A stretch of 64,000 nt of DNA from a virus. A program made the translations under genes and the position numbers. This document shows, in pieces, positions 9,439 to 17,527 of the stretch. The stretch lies in the IMG/VR virus record IMGVR_UViG_3300045988_163768. One strand, given 5' to 3'. Below the pieces are notes generated by a model that did no database searches, was not told the DNA's origin, and saw only the letters and a list, made by a program, of their open reading frames with translations. Positions within the stretch are counted from its first letter, which is position 1. Every line of letters begins with the position of its first letter.

Positions 9439-9541
9439 AAATACATGAAAACAAAGTATTAAAGATGCATTACAGCAATGAATTTCTGTATAGATAAAAG
9501 GAGTTTTTATAATAAGAGCATCTTGTAAATCAACGTTTTAA

Positions 9542-9573
9542 TGCCCTGTAGTCCAATGGTAGAACGGCTGGCT
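9542..9573 (+). tRNA. tRNA-Asn-like 5' half (acceptor, D-arm, 5' anticodon stem)
   Basis: TGCCCTGTAGTCCAATGGTAGAACGGCTGGCT closely matches the 5' half of E. coli tRNA-Asn; its partner strands lie at 10311-10350. Confidence 0.55.
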
Positions 9574-10310
9574 GTGCGGGAGTAGCATAAGTAATGCATT
9601 TGAACTATGGTCAACAGTGATTAACTCATAATGTTAATTCTTTATATTTATAAAATAGAAAAGGAGAAAAATTATGAGTAATAATATTAAAGCTGTTACA
9701 GATTTTAGAAAGAGAAGAAAGGAAAACTTAGTAAAAGTATTAGGTTCTTGTTGTAGCTTATGTGGATATAATAAATGTGTTGGAGCTTTAGAGTTTCATC
9801 ATATATATAAATCCAGAAGATAAAAAGTATCAATTATCCAGTGGAAATTGTCATAATATTGAAGAAGATTTAGAAGAAGTAAAAAAAAATGTCTTTTAGT
9901 CTGTTCAAATTGTCATAGAGAAATTCATACAACTAATTTGTATGAAGGAATTGATTTATGGAAATATCAAGTTTATAATGATAATTATGCGAATGAATTG
10001 ATACAAGAAAATAAAAAAGAAGAACGAAAATGTTCTAATTGCGGAATAAAAATTAGTCGTTTTTCTAAAACTGGTTTATGTCCATCATGTGCTCAATTAA
10101 AAAGACGAATTATTGAAAGACCTGATAGAGAAGAATTAAAAAAATTAATTCGAGAGTTACCTTTTACTAAAATTGCAGAAAAATATAATTGTAGTGATAA
10201 TACAATTAGAAAATGGTGCGATAAAGAAAATCTCCCTCGAAAAAAATCTGAGATTGATAAATACACTGATGAGCAATGGGAAAATATTTGAGTTCAAATC
10301 TCAACTTCTG
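9574..10310 (+). mobile_element. 737-bp insertion or intron in the tRNA anticodon loop, carrying a frameshifted HNH endonuclease gene
   Basis: Separates complementary halves of one tRNA: GCTGG...CCAGC anticodon stem and TGCCCTG...CGGGGCA acceptor. The 5' end reads GTGCGGG and the 3' end ...TTCTG. Confidence 0.5.
9674..10291 (+). pseudogene. HNH homing endonuclease, disrupted by two frameshifts (or requires recoding)
   Basis: Frame 1 gives MSNNIK...CCSLCGYNKC...LEFHHI then stops; HNH core LLVCSNCHREIHTTNLYEG continues in other frames after the runs ATATATATAAA and A9 (9887-9895); the last 117 aa form ORF 9938-10291. Confidence 0.55.
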
Positions 10311-10350
10311 ATTAACCAGCGTGTTGTGGGTTCAATTCCCACCGGGGCAG
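10311..10350 (+). tRNA. tRNA-Asn-like 3' half (3' anticodon stem, variable loop, T-arm, acceptor)
   Basis: ATTAACCAGCGTGTTGTGGGTTCAATTCCCACCGGGGCAG pairs with 9542-9573; removing 9575-10311 would give a CTGTTAA loop (GTT, Asn). Confidence 0.5.
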
Positions 10351-10357
10351 TTTATAA

Positions 10358-10429
10358 TGGGGTATCGCCAAGCGGTAAGGCATCGGACTTTGACTCCGAA
10401 ATACGCTGGTTCAAATCCAGCTACCCCAG
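10358..10429 (+). tRNA. tRNA-Gln (anticodon TTG)
   Basis: TGGGGTATCGCCAAGCGGTAAGGCA...CTTTGAC...GGTTCAAATCCAGCTACCCCAG, near-identical architecture to E. coli tRNA-Gln with U1-A72. Confidence 0.7.
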
Positions 10430-10782
10430 CTCAAATCTGAGAAATTGAAGAACCTCAGTCATAGATGACCTATGAAATTCTTCCAAGGTTGTTTCGTACT
10501 ATCAGCCTTGTAAATCAATGGGAAGTATGAGTACGGGATGAAGGGCTTACACTTCGCCGTCCTTGTAAGCTAAGGACTTGACAGAGATGGTATCGAAAGC
10601 TAATTTCATTAAAAGCGTCATCTTTTAATGAAGTGGAAAAATAGATACATACAGCAATTATACTGCTCATATAGGGCACTTTCCTGCTAAGAAAGAATAT
10701 TTCAGTATCTAGCTATTTTATCCTGTCTTTTTAAGCACACTATTTCTACAGGAACGGTTAATGAAAAGGCTGATAAAGGAGA

Positions 10783-10974
10783 TTGAATATGTATATTTGT
10801 CCTACTTGTAAAAAAGGATTTGAAAAAGAAGAAAATCTTACAAAACATTTTCTTTCCTGTTGGAAAGAGCAACATCCATCTCATGTTTCTAAATCCGCCC
10901 CAAGGAGTGAGAATACTGAAACTAGAAAGGTAAATAAAGATATTATAAAGTTCTTTAATTCTTTTAAGGAGTGA
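10783..10974 (+). CDS. small C2H2-like zinc-finger protein
   Basis: RBS AAAGGAGATTGAATATG; CPTCKK...H...SC. Confidence 0.4.
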   Translation: MNMYICPTCKKGFEKEENLTKHFLSCWKEQHPSHVSKSAPRSENTETRKVNKDIIKFFNSFKE

Positions 10975-10978
10975 CAAG

Positions 10979-11329
10979 ATGGCGGAAGTATTAGTAAAAA
11001 CTCATTTAGTAGTAACAGATGTGCACGAAGAATATGATATCAACTGGTGCGGTAGGATTCTTGATGTAAGACCAAAGATTAAAAATAATATGCCTGTCTT
11101 TGTAGTAGTTAGTTCTAGAGGAAGAATGGAAGTTAATACTACTGACATGCAAAGAGTTGAAAGATGTGCTAAACTATTAACTGCTCCAAGAGGTAGACAA
11201 GCAGTTACGACAGATACGGCTCGTATCTTTATCGTAGAAGAAAATGAAAATGAAGTTTTGATGGGCGTTTTAACTCATAATCATGTTAAAAGTTATGCAC
11301 CAATGTTTGATAAAGTTGATTTTGTTTAG
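10979..11329 (+). CDS. hypothetical protein
   Basis: RBS TAAGGAGTG; 116 aa. Confidence 0.45.
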   Translation: MAEVLVKTHLVVTDVHEEYDINWCGRILDVRPKIKNNMPVFVVVSSRGRMEVNTTDMQRVERCAKLLTAPRGRQAVTTDTARIFIVEENENEVLMGVLTHNHVKSYAPMFDKVDFV

Positions 11330-11336
11330 AAAATGA

Positions 11337-11420
11337 GGGAGTGTAAACGGCTAAGGAGTCCGACCTGACTGTAAATCAGGTGGCATTTGCATCGAGTGGG
11401 TTCGATTCCCTCCACTCCCA
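11337..11420 (+). tRNA. class II tRNA with anticodon GTA (Tyr-type), second copy
   Basis: Acceptor GGGAGTG/CACTCCC, anticodon stem CCTGA/TCAGG with loop CTGTAAA, variable arm GGCATTTGCATC, T-loop TTCGATT. Confidence 0.5.
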
Positions 11421-11736
11421 CGCTGTGGCGAAGGAACACACATAAAACTCCTTAACTGTGATAGACCTGGTTAAAAGCTAATGAAGTTAGTCCGCGAGGA
11501 TGCGGTAGACTTGAATGTCAAGCTAATCATTAGATCAAAGGGAAAACTTTATATAAATGATCGTTGGTAATACCATTTATGTGAAAGATGCTTATAATAC
11601 CAACTTAATAAGCATCAAGTGCGTTAAAGCTGATCGTACATATTATAACACTCTTTCGTCTAAAAGGAATAGGATATTACCCTCTCAAGGTAAAGATAAC
11701 AGTTCGAGTCTGTTAAGAGTGATTAAAAAATCTTAA

Positions 11737-11765
11737 TTGATTTTTTAAAAAATATATGATATAAT
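11737..11765 (+). promoter_or_regulatory. promoter
   Basis: TTGATT, 17 nt, then TATGATATAAT. Confidence 0.6.
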
Positions 11766-11787
11766 AAATATATCAAAAGAAAAGAAA

Positions 11788-11861
11788 CACACCATCGTCT
11801 AGCAGGTACAGGATAGAAGCCTTTCAAGCTTCAGACGCGAGTTCAAGTCTCGCTGGTGTGA
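11788..11861 (+). tRNA. tRNA-Glu (anticodon TTC)
   Basis: Acceptor CACACCA/TGGTGTG, anticodon stem GAAGC/GCTTC with loop CTTTCAA, T-arm GCGAGTTCAAGTCTCGC. Confidence 0.6.
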
Positions 11862-11950
11862 TTTTAAGACAGATACTGCAATTTTATTTTAAGAAGAGAA
11901 CTTTTAATTCTTTTGGCTTAACAAATCTGTCTTGTAAATTAAAAATCTTA

Positions 11951-11979
11951 ATTGATTTTTTAAAAAATATATGATATAA
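11951..11979 (+). promoter_or_regulatory. promoter (duplicate of 11737 copy)
   Basis: Identical 45-nt block AAAAATCTTAATTGATTTTTTAAAAAATATATGATATAATAAATAT. Confidence 0.6.
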
Positions 11980-12192
11980 TAAATATATCAAAAGAAGAAA
12001 GGAAATGATATTTATGTTTGATGATTTTGACTTAGGTACACAGTGTGAAGAATTTTATGATGAGTCCAAATATTGGGAATTCATTATGAACGAGGAGCCA
12101 ATAGAAGAAGAGTAATAAGTTTTTTAGCTTTATAGTTAAGCAGTCTAAGACTAATTCTGAGAACCTGGGTTTGAATCCCAGTACAAATATGC

Positions 12193-12265
12193 GGCTCCGT
12201 GGTCTAAGGGTTAGGATACGACCCTTTCAAGGTCGTAATGCTGGGTTCAAGTCCCGCCGGGGTCA
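12193..12265 (+). tRNA. tRNA-Glu (anticodon TTC), duplicated copy
   Basis: Acceptor GGCTCCG/CGGGGTC, anticodon stem CGACC/GGTCG with loop CTTTCAA; downstream flank also duplicated. Confidence 0.5.
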
Positions 12266-12367
12266 TTTAAGACAGAAACAGCAAACAATTATATTATTTC
12301 AAGGAAAGAACTTTTAATTCTTATAAATCTAAAATAAACTGTCTTGTAAAAAAGGAGAAAATTTTTT

Positions 12368-12595
12368 ATGACTGACAAAGAAAAATTACTTGGTGGAATC
12401 AAATTGATTCAATCTGCTTGTCACAATAGTCCTTTTATTGTAGAAGATTTTCTTGATGAGGATTTTACTGAATTAAAAAAACAGTATTCTTCCTTACCCG
12501 CTTCCAGAGTTTCTTTTATAATTGCGAATGGTTATGAAAGAGAACCAGTAGGTTTTGATTTTGATGAATTGGGAAATTTTCTCGGAAGATTTTAA
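12368..12595 (+). CDS. hypothetical protein
   Basis: RBS AAAAGGAGAAAA. Confidence 0.4.
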   Translation: MTDKEKLLGGIKLIQSACHNSPFIVEDFLDEDFTELKKQYSSLPASRVSFIIANGYEREPVGFDFDELGNFLGRF

Positions 12596-12598
12596 TAT

Positions 12599-12673
12599 CG
12601 CGGGGTAGAGCAGCCTGGAAGCTCGCTTGGCTCATAACCAAGAGGTCGTGGGTTCGAATCCCACCCGCCGCAA
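12599..12673 (+). tRNA. initiator tRNA-fMet (anticodon CAT)
   Basis: CGCGGGGTAGAGCAGCCTGGAAGCTCGCTTGGCTCATAACCAAGAGGTCGTGGGTTCGAATCCCAC closely parallels E. coli tRNA-fMet, including three G-C pairs in the anticodon stem and a C1 mismatch. Confidence 0.7.
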
Positions 12674-13077
12674 TTTTGTCTTTTATTTACAGATAAACCT
12701 AGGAAGTTATTAGTAAATAAGAACAAACGTTCTTCATGCGGAGATGAAGTGACTTTAGTGGTTTGAATAAGGAAACCGTTCCCGAATGTGGGTGAAAGTA
12801 AGATTCGTTAGTGCTTCTCTTATCTTTTGCTAATATAGCTAAAAAATAGAAGCGTGGTAAAAGCTGGGTGACGTCATATGAAACGCGGATACCAAACGCC
12901 GCGAGTGCAAGAAACCAGTGTTGCACATCTCTTTCTTTAAAATGTATTGTAAAAATTACATAGGTTTATTTTGTGCCTTTCTGTAAAAACAAAATATTAA
13001 ATTCCTCTTTCTGAGCAAGGTAGCGACTATTTAGGTGGCGGTGGTGTAAGCATATAGCATAGGCTCTAAAAATAATT

Positions 13078-13105
13078 TGAAAAAAATAAAAAATTATGAT
13101 ATAAT
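13078..13105 (+). promoter_or_regulatory. promoter
   Basis: TTGAAA, 16 nt, then TATGATATAAT. Confidence 0.5.
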
Positions 13106-13144
13106 AAATATATCAAAAGAAAAGAAAAGAAAAAAGAAATATAA

Positions 13145-13218
13145 GCTTAAGTAGCTCAGTTGGTTAGAGCACATGTCTGATAAGCATGAGGTCGGTGGTT
13201 CAAGTCCATTCTTAAGCA
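13145..13218 (+). tRNA. tRNA-Ile (anticodon GAT)
   Basis: GCTTAAGTAGCTCAGTTGGTTAGAGC...CTGATAA...GGTGGTTCAAGTCCATTCTTAAGC resembles E. coli tRNA-Ile. Confidence 0.7.
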
Positions 13219-13544
13219 TCAAGTTTATAGGCTTACTTTTTAAAAACCTACGATAGTCAAAAGCATATGGGCAGACAATAGATATGCAATGCAATGCAAG
13301 TGAATTTTCTTGTCCGAGCGATTCGGTTAAATCGTGGAGGCAGAAGTGCCTGTTAAAAAGTACTGCGGACGTCCATTGTAATTAAAGTATCAAATAATTA
13401 AATAATTTTGCAGACTGATAAATTAAATCTTTTGTCTTTGAAAGTTGGATAGATATAACTTTCTATTAGCAAAGCCTTTAATGTCAATGCTTAATATAAG
13501 GTTTTATCCTCTTGGAGTAAAGAGCCTTTGAATCTATTCATTTT

Positions 13545-13626
13545 GGGTGTGTGACGGAAAGGTATACGTGGCGGACTTAAAATCCGCTGACTTAGAGTCA
13601 TGTGAGTTCGAATCTCATCACGCCCA
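13545..13626 (+). tRNA. tRNA-Leu (anticodon TAA)
   Basis: Acceptor GGGTGTG/CACGCCC, anticodon stem GCGGA/TCCGC with loop CTTAAAA, long variable arm, T-arm GTGAGTTCGAATCTCAT. Confidence 0.6.
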
Positions 13627-13712
13627 CTGTTCATGAAACTGTTTTCCTTCCTTTAGGGTGTTAATTCCCTTATAATAAATTAACAAACTGAAGAGTTTAA
13701 CACTCTTCATTT

Positions 13713-13797
13713 GGAGGTATGCTGCAACTGGCGAGACAGAGCGGACTTAAAATCCGCTACATTAGAAACACTGTGGGTTCGAATCCCACTACCTTCA
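13713..13797 (+). tRNA. tRNA-Leu (anticodon TAA), second copy with divergent D region
   Basis: Acceptor GGAGGTA/TACCTTC, identical anticodon arm GCGGACTTAAAATCCGC, T-arm GTGGGTTCGAATCCCAC. Confidence 0.45.
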
Positions 13798-13801
13798 TTA
13801 A

Positions 13802-13880
13802 GCTCTTATGGCGGAATGGCATACGCAGTAGTCTCAAAAGCTACGGAGAAATCATTTGGGTTCGAGTCCCAATAGGAGCA
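13802..13880 (+). tRNA. tRNA-Leu (anticodon CAA)
   Basis: Acceptor GCTCTTA/TAGGAGC, anticodon stem GTAGT/GCTAC with loop CTCAAAA, 11-nt variable region, T-arm TTGGGTTCGAGTCCCAA. Confidence 0.5.
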
Positions 13881-14025
13881 TTAAAACCTTCGTTATAAAT
13901 ATCTCAACAGGGTGTTTACCTTACGGTAGTATTTGCGGAGAGAGGATAGTTCAGCGTAAGAGATATACGAGACTATGTAAGTTATCGGCAAGTCAGTAGG
14001 TTTCTGCGAAGGTTACCTACACTAA

Positions 14026-14098
14026 GCGGGAATGGCGGAATGGCATACGCGTGAGTCTTAGGAACTCAATTTTGTGGGTTCGAGTCCCACTTCCCGTA
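14026..14098 (+). tRNA. tRNA with anticodon TAG (Leu codon CUA) but a short variable loop
   Basis: Acceptor GCGGGAA/TTCCCGT, anticodon stem TGAGT/ACTCA with loop CTTAGGA, 5-nt variable loop, T-arm GTGGGTTCGAGTCCCAC. Confidence 0.45.
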
Positions 14099-14405
14099 TC
14101 CTATGATATAAAATTAGACTAAAGAGTCATAGGTAATTAAATTATTTATTTTAGATGTTATTTTTCACTTTATCAAGAAGTCAAGAGAAGGTTTGGAATC
14201 CTTTGTAAGCAACTTGCATCTAGGCTTCAGTAAAGTTGAAAACACTTAAGCTTAAGTTTTAAAATTAAAAGATGGAATTTTTAGATGACATGTGGTTTGT
14301 TTGCTTTATTGCTTTATCCCAAAAGTAAAAAAGTAAAAAGTAAAACTAGTAAATGGAGTTTTTAGACTGTTTTTCTCGTATAGGAAGCATATAAAACGGT
14401 CACAG

Positions 14406-14478
14406 GGGAAGATGGCTTATATGGTAAAAGCGTAGGACTGAAAATCCTAAGATGTAGGATCGTTACCTACTCTTCCCA
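14406..14478 (+). tRNA. tRNA-Phe (anticodon GAA) with unusual T-loop ATCGTTA
   Basis: Perfect acceptor GGGAAGA/TCTTCCC, anticodon stem TAGGA/TCCTA with loop CTGAAAA. Confidence 0.5.
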
Positions 14479-14481
14479 TCT

Positions 14482-14569
14482 GTGCGGTTGGCAGAGAGGC
14501 TGATTGCAGTGGATTGCTAATCCACGAACCGGGGAAACCGGTTCAGAGGTTCGAATCCTCTACCGCACG
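14482..14569 (+). tRNA. tRNA-Ser (anticodon GCT)
   Basis: Acceptor GTGCGGT/ACCGCAC, anticodon stem GTGGA/TCCAC with loop TTGCTAA, long variable arm GAACCGGGGAAACCGGTTC, T-arm AGAGGTTCGAATCCTCT. Confidence 0.65.
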
Positions 14570-14570
14570 T

Positions 14571-14599
14571 TTGAAAATAATAAAAAATTATGATATAAT
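14571..14599 (+). promoter_or_regulatory. promoter
   Basis: TTGAAA, 17 nt, then TATGATATAAT. Confidence 0.55.
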
Positions 14600-14630
14600 T
14601 ATTATATCAAAAGAAAAGGAGATTGATAAT

Positions 14631-14975
14631 ATGTTTACAGACCTGAATATGTATAATTATAAGTTTTATACTTCAAAAAATCTTGTTGTGGCGGTTACCA
14701 CATACGCGGGAAAAATTGTTAAAGGGAAAGCAAAATGCAACCCAGAGGATACATTTGATCTGGAGAAAGGAAAAGCTCTTGCCGCAGTAAGATGCAATGC
14801 AAAAATTGCAAAGAAAAGGGTTAAGAGAGCTTCTGGTAAATTTGAAGAAGCAATCGAAAGATATAATAAAGCGTCAGAATATCTTGAAGAAATGACTGCT
14901 TATATTAACGATGCAGAAATTTTGGAGCAGAGAGCAGAAGATGAACTCGCTGAAGTGCTTTCAGATTTTAAATAA
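14631..14975 (+). CDS. hypothetical protein
   Basis: RBS AAAGGAGATTG; the longer track ORF from 14514 overlaps tRNA-Ser and the promoter, so the internal ATG is chosen. Confidence 0.45.
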   Translation: MFTDLNMYNYKFYTSKNLVVAVTTYAGKIVKGKAKCNPEDTFDLEKGKALAAVRCNAKIAKKRVKRASGKFEEAIERYNKASEYLEEMTAYINDAEILEQRAEDELAEVLSDFK

Positions 14976-15123
14976 TTAAATAAATAAAGGCTTACTTATC
15001 ACACAGCAATCATACGATAATAGAGAATAGAATAGATAGTTTTATATTTTATATAAAACTTGAGAGAGAGTTTTAGTTTATTTGCTCTTAAAACTAAGTA
15101 ACCAAAAGTAAGCCTTGTATATG

Positions 15124-15207
15124 CCGCAGTACCTTAGTGGGGAGGAGGCTCTGTCTTGAAAACAGCTGCTCCGAGAGGGGCTGTAGGTTCGAATCCTACC
15201 TGCGGCG
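15124..15207 (+). tRNA. tRNA-Ser (anticodon TGA)
   Basis: Acceptor GCCGCAG/CTGCGGC, anticodon loop CTTGAAA, long variable arm TGCTCCGAGAGGGGC, T-arm GTAGGTTCGAATCCTAC. Confidence 0.6.
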
Positions 15208-15263
15208 TTCGAGATAGTTAAATATCTCAAAAGTAAAAAAAATGGGAAGGAGAAATATAAAGA

Positions 15264-15497
15264 ATGAAAATACATAATGTAACCGATATTGATAAGTTTT
15301 TCAAAGTAGTTAACTCTTGTGAAGGTAAAGTAGAGTTAGTAACAGGGCAGGGTGACAGACTTAACTTAAAGTCTACATTAACACAATATGTAGCTTTGGC
15401 AAAAGTTTTTTCTGATGGAAAGATTCCTGAAATGGAATTAGTTTGTTATGAGAAATCTGATGTGACTAAATTTATGGAGTATATGTTAAATGCCTAG
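15264..15497 (+). CDS. hypothetical protein
   Basis: RBS GGAAGGAGAAATATAAAGAATG. Confidence 0.4.
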   Translation: MKIHNVTDIDKFFKVVNSCEGKVELVTGQGDRLNLKSTLTQYVALAKVFSDGKIPEMELVCYEKSDVTKFMEYMLNA

Positions 15498-15867
15498 TAG
15501 AAGAAATAGAGCCTATTACCGCAAGCAAAGAATTAAACATATCAAAAGAAAAAAGAATATTAGTGAACATTGTTATGGGTATGACTGGTATCAAGTAGAT
15601 GGAGCTTACTCAAAAGGTAAGATTCATTGCTCTTGTCCACTCTGCTCAGCAAAAACTAATAATAAAAGGCGGCATGGATATAATCATTCTAAAAATTGGA
15701 AACCTTCTGATTTAAAAAAAATTGAAGATATGGATTATCAAGAGCATGGTTTCCGCACATGTGAAGCGGATGTAACAGAAAGCTGGGACGATATAATTGT
15801 AAACGATGTTTCAGTAGATGGAATTCCTCTTGATGGTCATTATTTTGACAATGTAATAGATTTTTAG
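15490..15867 (+). CDS. hypothetical Cys/His-rich protein
   Basis: Overlaps upstream gene by 8 nt; CSCPLCS motif. Confidence 0.4.
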   Translation: MPSRRNRAYYRKQRIKHIKRKKNISEHCYGYDWYQVDGAYSKGKIHCSCPLCSAKTNNKRRHGYNHSKNWKPSDLKKIEDMDYQEHGFRTCEADVTESWDDIIVNDVSVDGIPLDGHYFDNVIDF

Positions 15868-15966
15868 TTTCTTATTACTTTTTCCTTTCTCTTTTGGTTT
15901 AAAGTTTATAATCTTATTTTTAGGTTTTTTAAGAATTATAAATGAAAATTGAAAGGAGAACTTTAG

Positions 15967-16167
15967 ATGGGATATTGTGTAATAAGAAATAACAATAAGT
16001 ATATTTACAATTTAGTTGAGATAATTTGTGATCTTGAGTCTGATGTAGTAAGTATACCGACTACTTTTTCTCCAGGAAGTAAAGTTTTTGTTGTGGAGAG
16101 TTCTTCATATTATATGCTAAATGCATCAAAAGAGTGGAAGAAACTAGTAAAGACGGGAAGGAGTTAA
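15967..16167 (+). CDS. hypothetical protein
   Basis: RBS GAAAGGAGAAC. Confidence 0.35.
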   Translation: MGYCVIRNNNKYIYNLVEIICDLESDVVSIPTTFSPGSKVFVVESSSYYMLNASKEWKKLVKTGRS

Positions 16168-16248
16168 TGGTTCTATTGAAGAATTAAATAACAAAATTAA
16201 GACACTTTCAACAAATGTTTTATATAAACCAGATAGTAAAAATCTTAA

Positions 16249-16277
16249 TTGAAATTTTAAAAAATTTATGATATAAT
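16249..16277 (+). promoter_or_regulatory. promoter
   Basis: TTGAAA, 17 nt, then TATGATATAAT. Confidence 0.55.
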
Positions 16278-16364
16278 AAATATATAATAAAGATAAAGAC
16301 AAAAACAGCAATTTATAAGCATTTAATTGGGGATTAAAGAAGCTAAGTTATTTTGTCTTGTTCG

Positions 16365-16438
16365 CGGGATGTGGTCTAGTTTGGTAAGACGCTGGATTTG
16401 GGTTCCAGAAATCGCAGGTTCGAATCCTGTCATCCCGT
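16365..16438 (+). tRNA. tRNA-Pro (anticodon TGG)
   Basis: Perfect acceptor CGGGATG/CATCCCG, anticodon stem CTGGA/TCCAG with loop TTTGGGT, T-arm GCAGGTTCGAATCCTGT. Confidence 0.6.
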
Positions 16439-16440
16439 TT

Positions 16441-16511
16441 GCGGAAGAGAGAAACGGTTTACTCGGTAGGCTCATAACCTAAAGACATCAGGTTCGACTC
16501 CTGTTTCCGCT
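16441..16511 (+). tRNA. tRNA-Met or Ile2 (anticodon CAT, elongator type)
   Basis: Acceptor GCGGAAG/TTTCCGC, anticodon loop CTCATAA, TTCGACT T-loop. Confidence 0.5.
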
Positions 16512-16514
16512 ACT

Positions 16515-16587
16515 GTGGCTGTGGCAGATAAGGTAATGCATTAGATTGTGACTCTAAATTATATGGGTTCAAATCCCATCAGTCACC
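16515..16587 (+). tRNA. tRNA-His (anticodon GTG)
   Basis: Acceptor GTGGCTG/CAGTCAC, anticodon stem TTAGA/TCTAA with loop TTGTGAC, T-arm ATGGGTTCAAATCCCAT. Confidence 0.6.
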
Positions 16588-16855
16588 TAGTAAGCTGCTA
16601 TGAGGTTTACGAACACACTTAGTGTGGAGGAGAAATGCATAGGTCTTGCATAACAGACTGGCGTTATGTCGTTCAAGAAGAGATGGTGTATTAACGAACC
16701 TCACTTCGAATCTACGAGAAAGATTCAATAAAGATTAGTCGTTATATGCTTTTTAAGAGGAAAATAAGTTTGAGCGTCAAACTTGACTCACAATAACTTT
16801 TATGGCTTATGTTATTGTGGAAAGCCAAAAATTATAAAATGAAAAGGAAAATACT

Positions 16856-17092
16856 ATGAAAGTATCTATAGTAGCATATTTAGATTATTTAATAGGTCGT
16901 CTTAGACATGGTCATTTAGAAGGAGTTCTATATATCCCAGATGAAGATGCGAAATTATTTAAAGATAATCCTGCAAAGTATTTAAAAAATCATCCTGATT
17001 ATAAAGATTATTTAGACCTTATAGTAGATGATTTTGAAGTAGAAGATATGGGAGATATTGACATGGTATCTTTTAAAACTTTAGGTTTTTAG
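16856..17092 (+). CDS. hypothetical protein
   Basis: RBS AAAAGGAAAATACTATG. Confidence 0.4.
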   Translation: MKVSIVAYLDYLIGRLRHGHLEGVLYIPDEDAKLFKDNPAKYLKNHPDYKDYLDLIVDDFEVEDMGDIDMVSFKTLGF

Positions 17093-17164
17093 AGGATATA
17101 ACTCAGTTGGAAGAGTATCAAACTTTTAATTTGAGAGTCGTGGGTTCAAGTCCCACTATCCTCA
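17092..17164 (+). tRNA. tRNA-Lys (anticodon TTT)
   Basis: Perfect acceptor GAGGATA/TATCCTC, D-arm ACTCAGTTGGAAGAGT, anticodon stem TCAAA/TTTGA with loop CTTTTAA, T-arm GTGGGTTCAAGTCCCAC. Confidence 0.7.
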
Positions 17165-17175
17165 CTAAGCGTTAA

Positions 17176-17204
17176 TTGATTTTTTAAAAAAATTATGATA
17201 TAAT
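17176..17204 (+). promoter_or_regulatory. promoter
   Basis: TTGATT, 17 nt, then TATGATATAAT. Confidence 0.6.
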
Positions 17205-17340
17205 AAATATATATAAAAGCACATACAGCAAATTCTACTATGTAGATTACTGGTTCGAATCCAGTTTTGTGATGAAAGTTTACAAATAGCTTAATAGGTC
17301 AAGCAACATTAAATTGAGTGCTTTGCAATATCATAAATAA

Positions 17341-17413
17341 GGCTTCTTGATTAAGTGGTTAAGACATTATCATCTTACGGTGATGTTAGAGGTTCGACTC
17401 CTCTACCGTTCAC
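17341..17413 (+). ncRNA. tRNA-like element, possibly degenerate tRNA-Arg (ACG)
   Basis: Anticodon-like hairpin CATC-TTACGGT-GATG and canonical T-arm AGAGGTTCGACTCCTCT, but no 5' strand found to pair with the 3' acceptor ACCGTTC. Confidence 0.25.
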
Positions 17414-17527
17414 TGATTTTGTCTGATTCTTGGCTGAATGTAGAAACTAAAAAATAATCCGCAAAAATCGCATTTTGAAAATTCTGGTATACTGTAAGTG
17501 TAAAGAAAAACAAAAAGGAGCAGAAAA

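Noticed and set aside
12130-12190. tRNA-like sequence with canonical T-arm CTGGGTTTGAATCCCAG
   Set aside because: No acceptor-stem pairing and no 5+7+5 anticodon arm could be found; treated as a tRNA remnant in the duplicated Glu module rather than a gene.
14514-14630. Upstream extension of ORF 14514-14975
   Set aside because: The extension overlaps tRNA-Ser(GCT) and a consensus promoter; the internal ATG at 14631 with RBS AAAGGAGA is the credible start.
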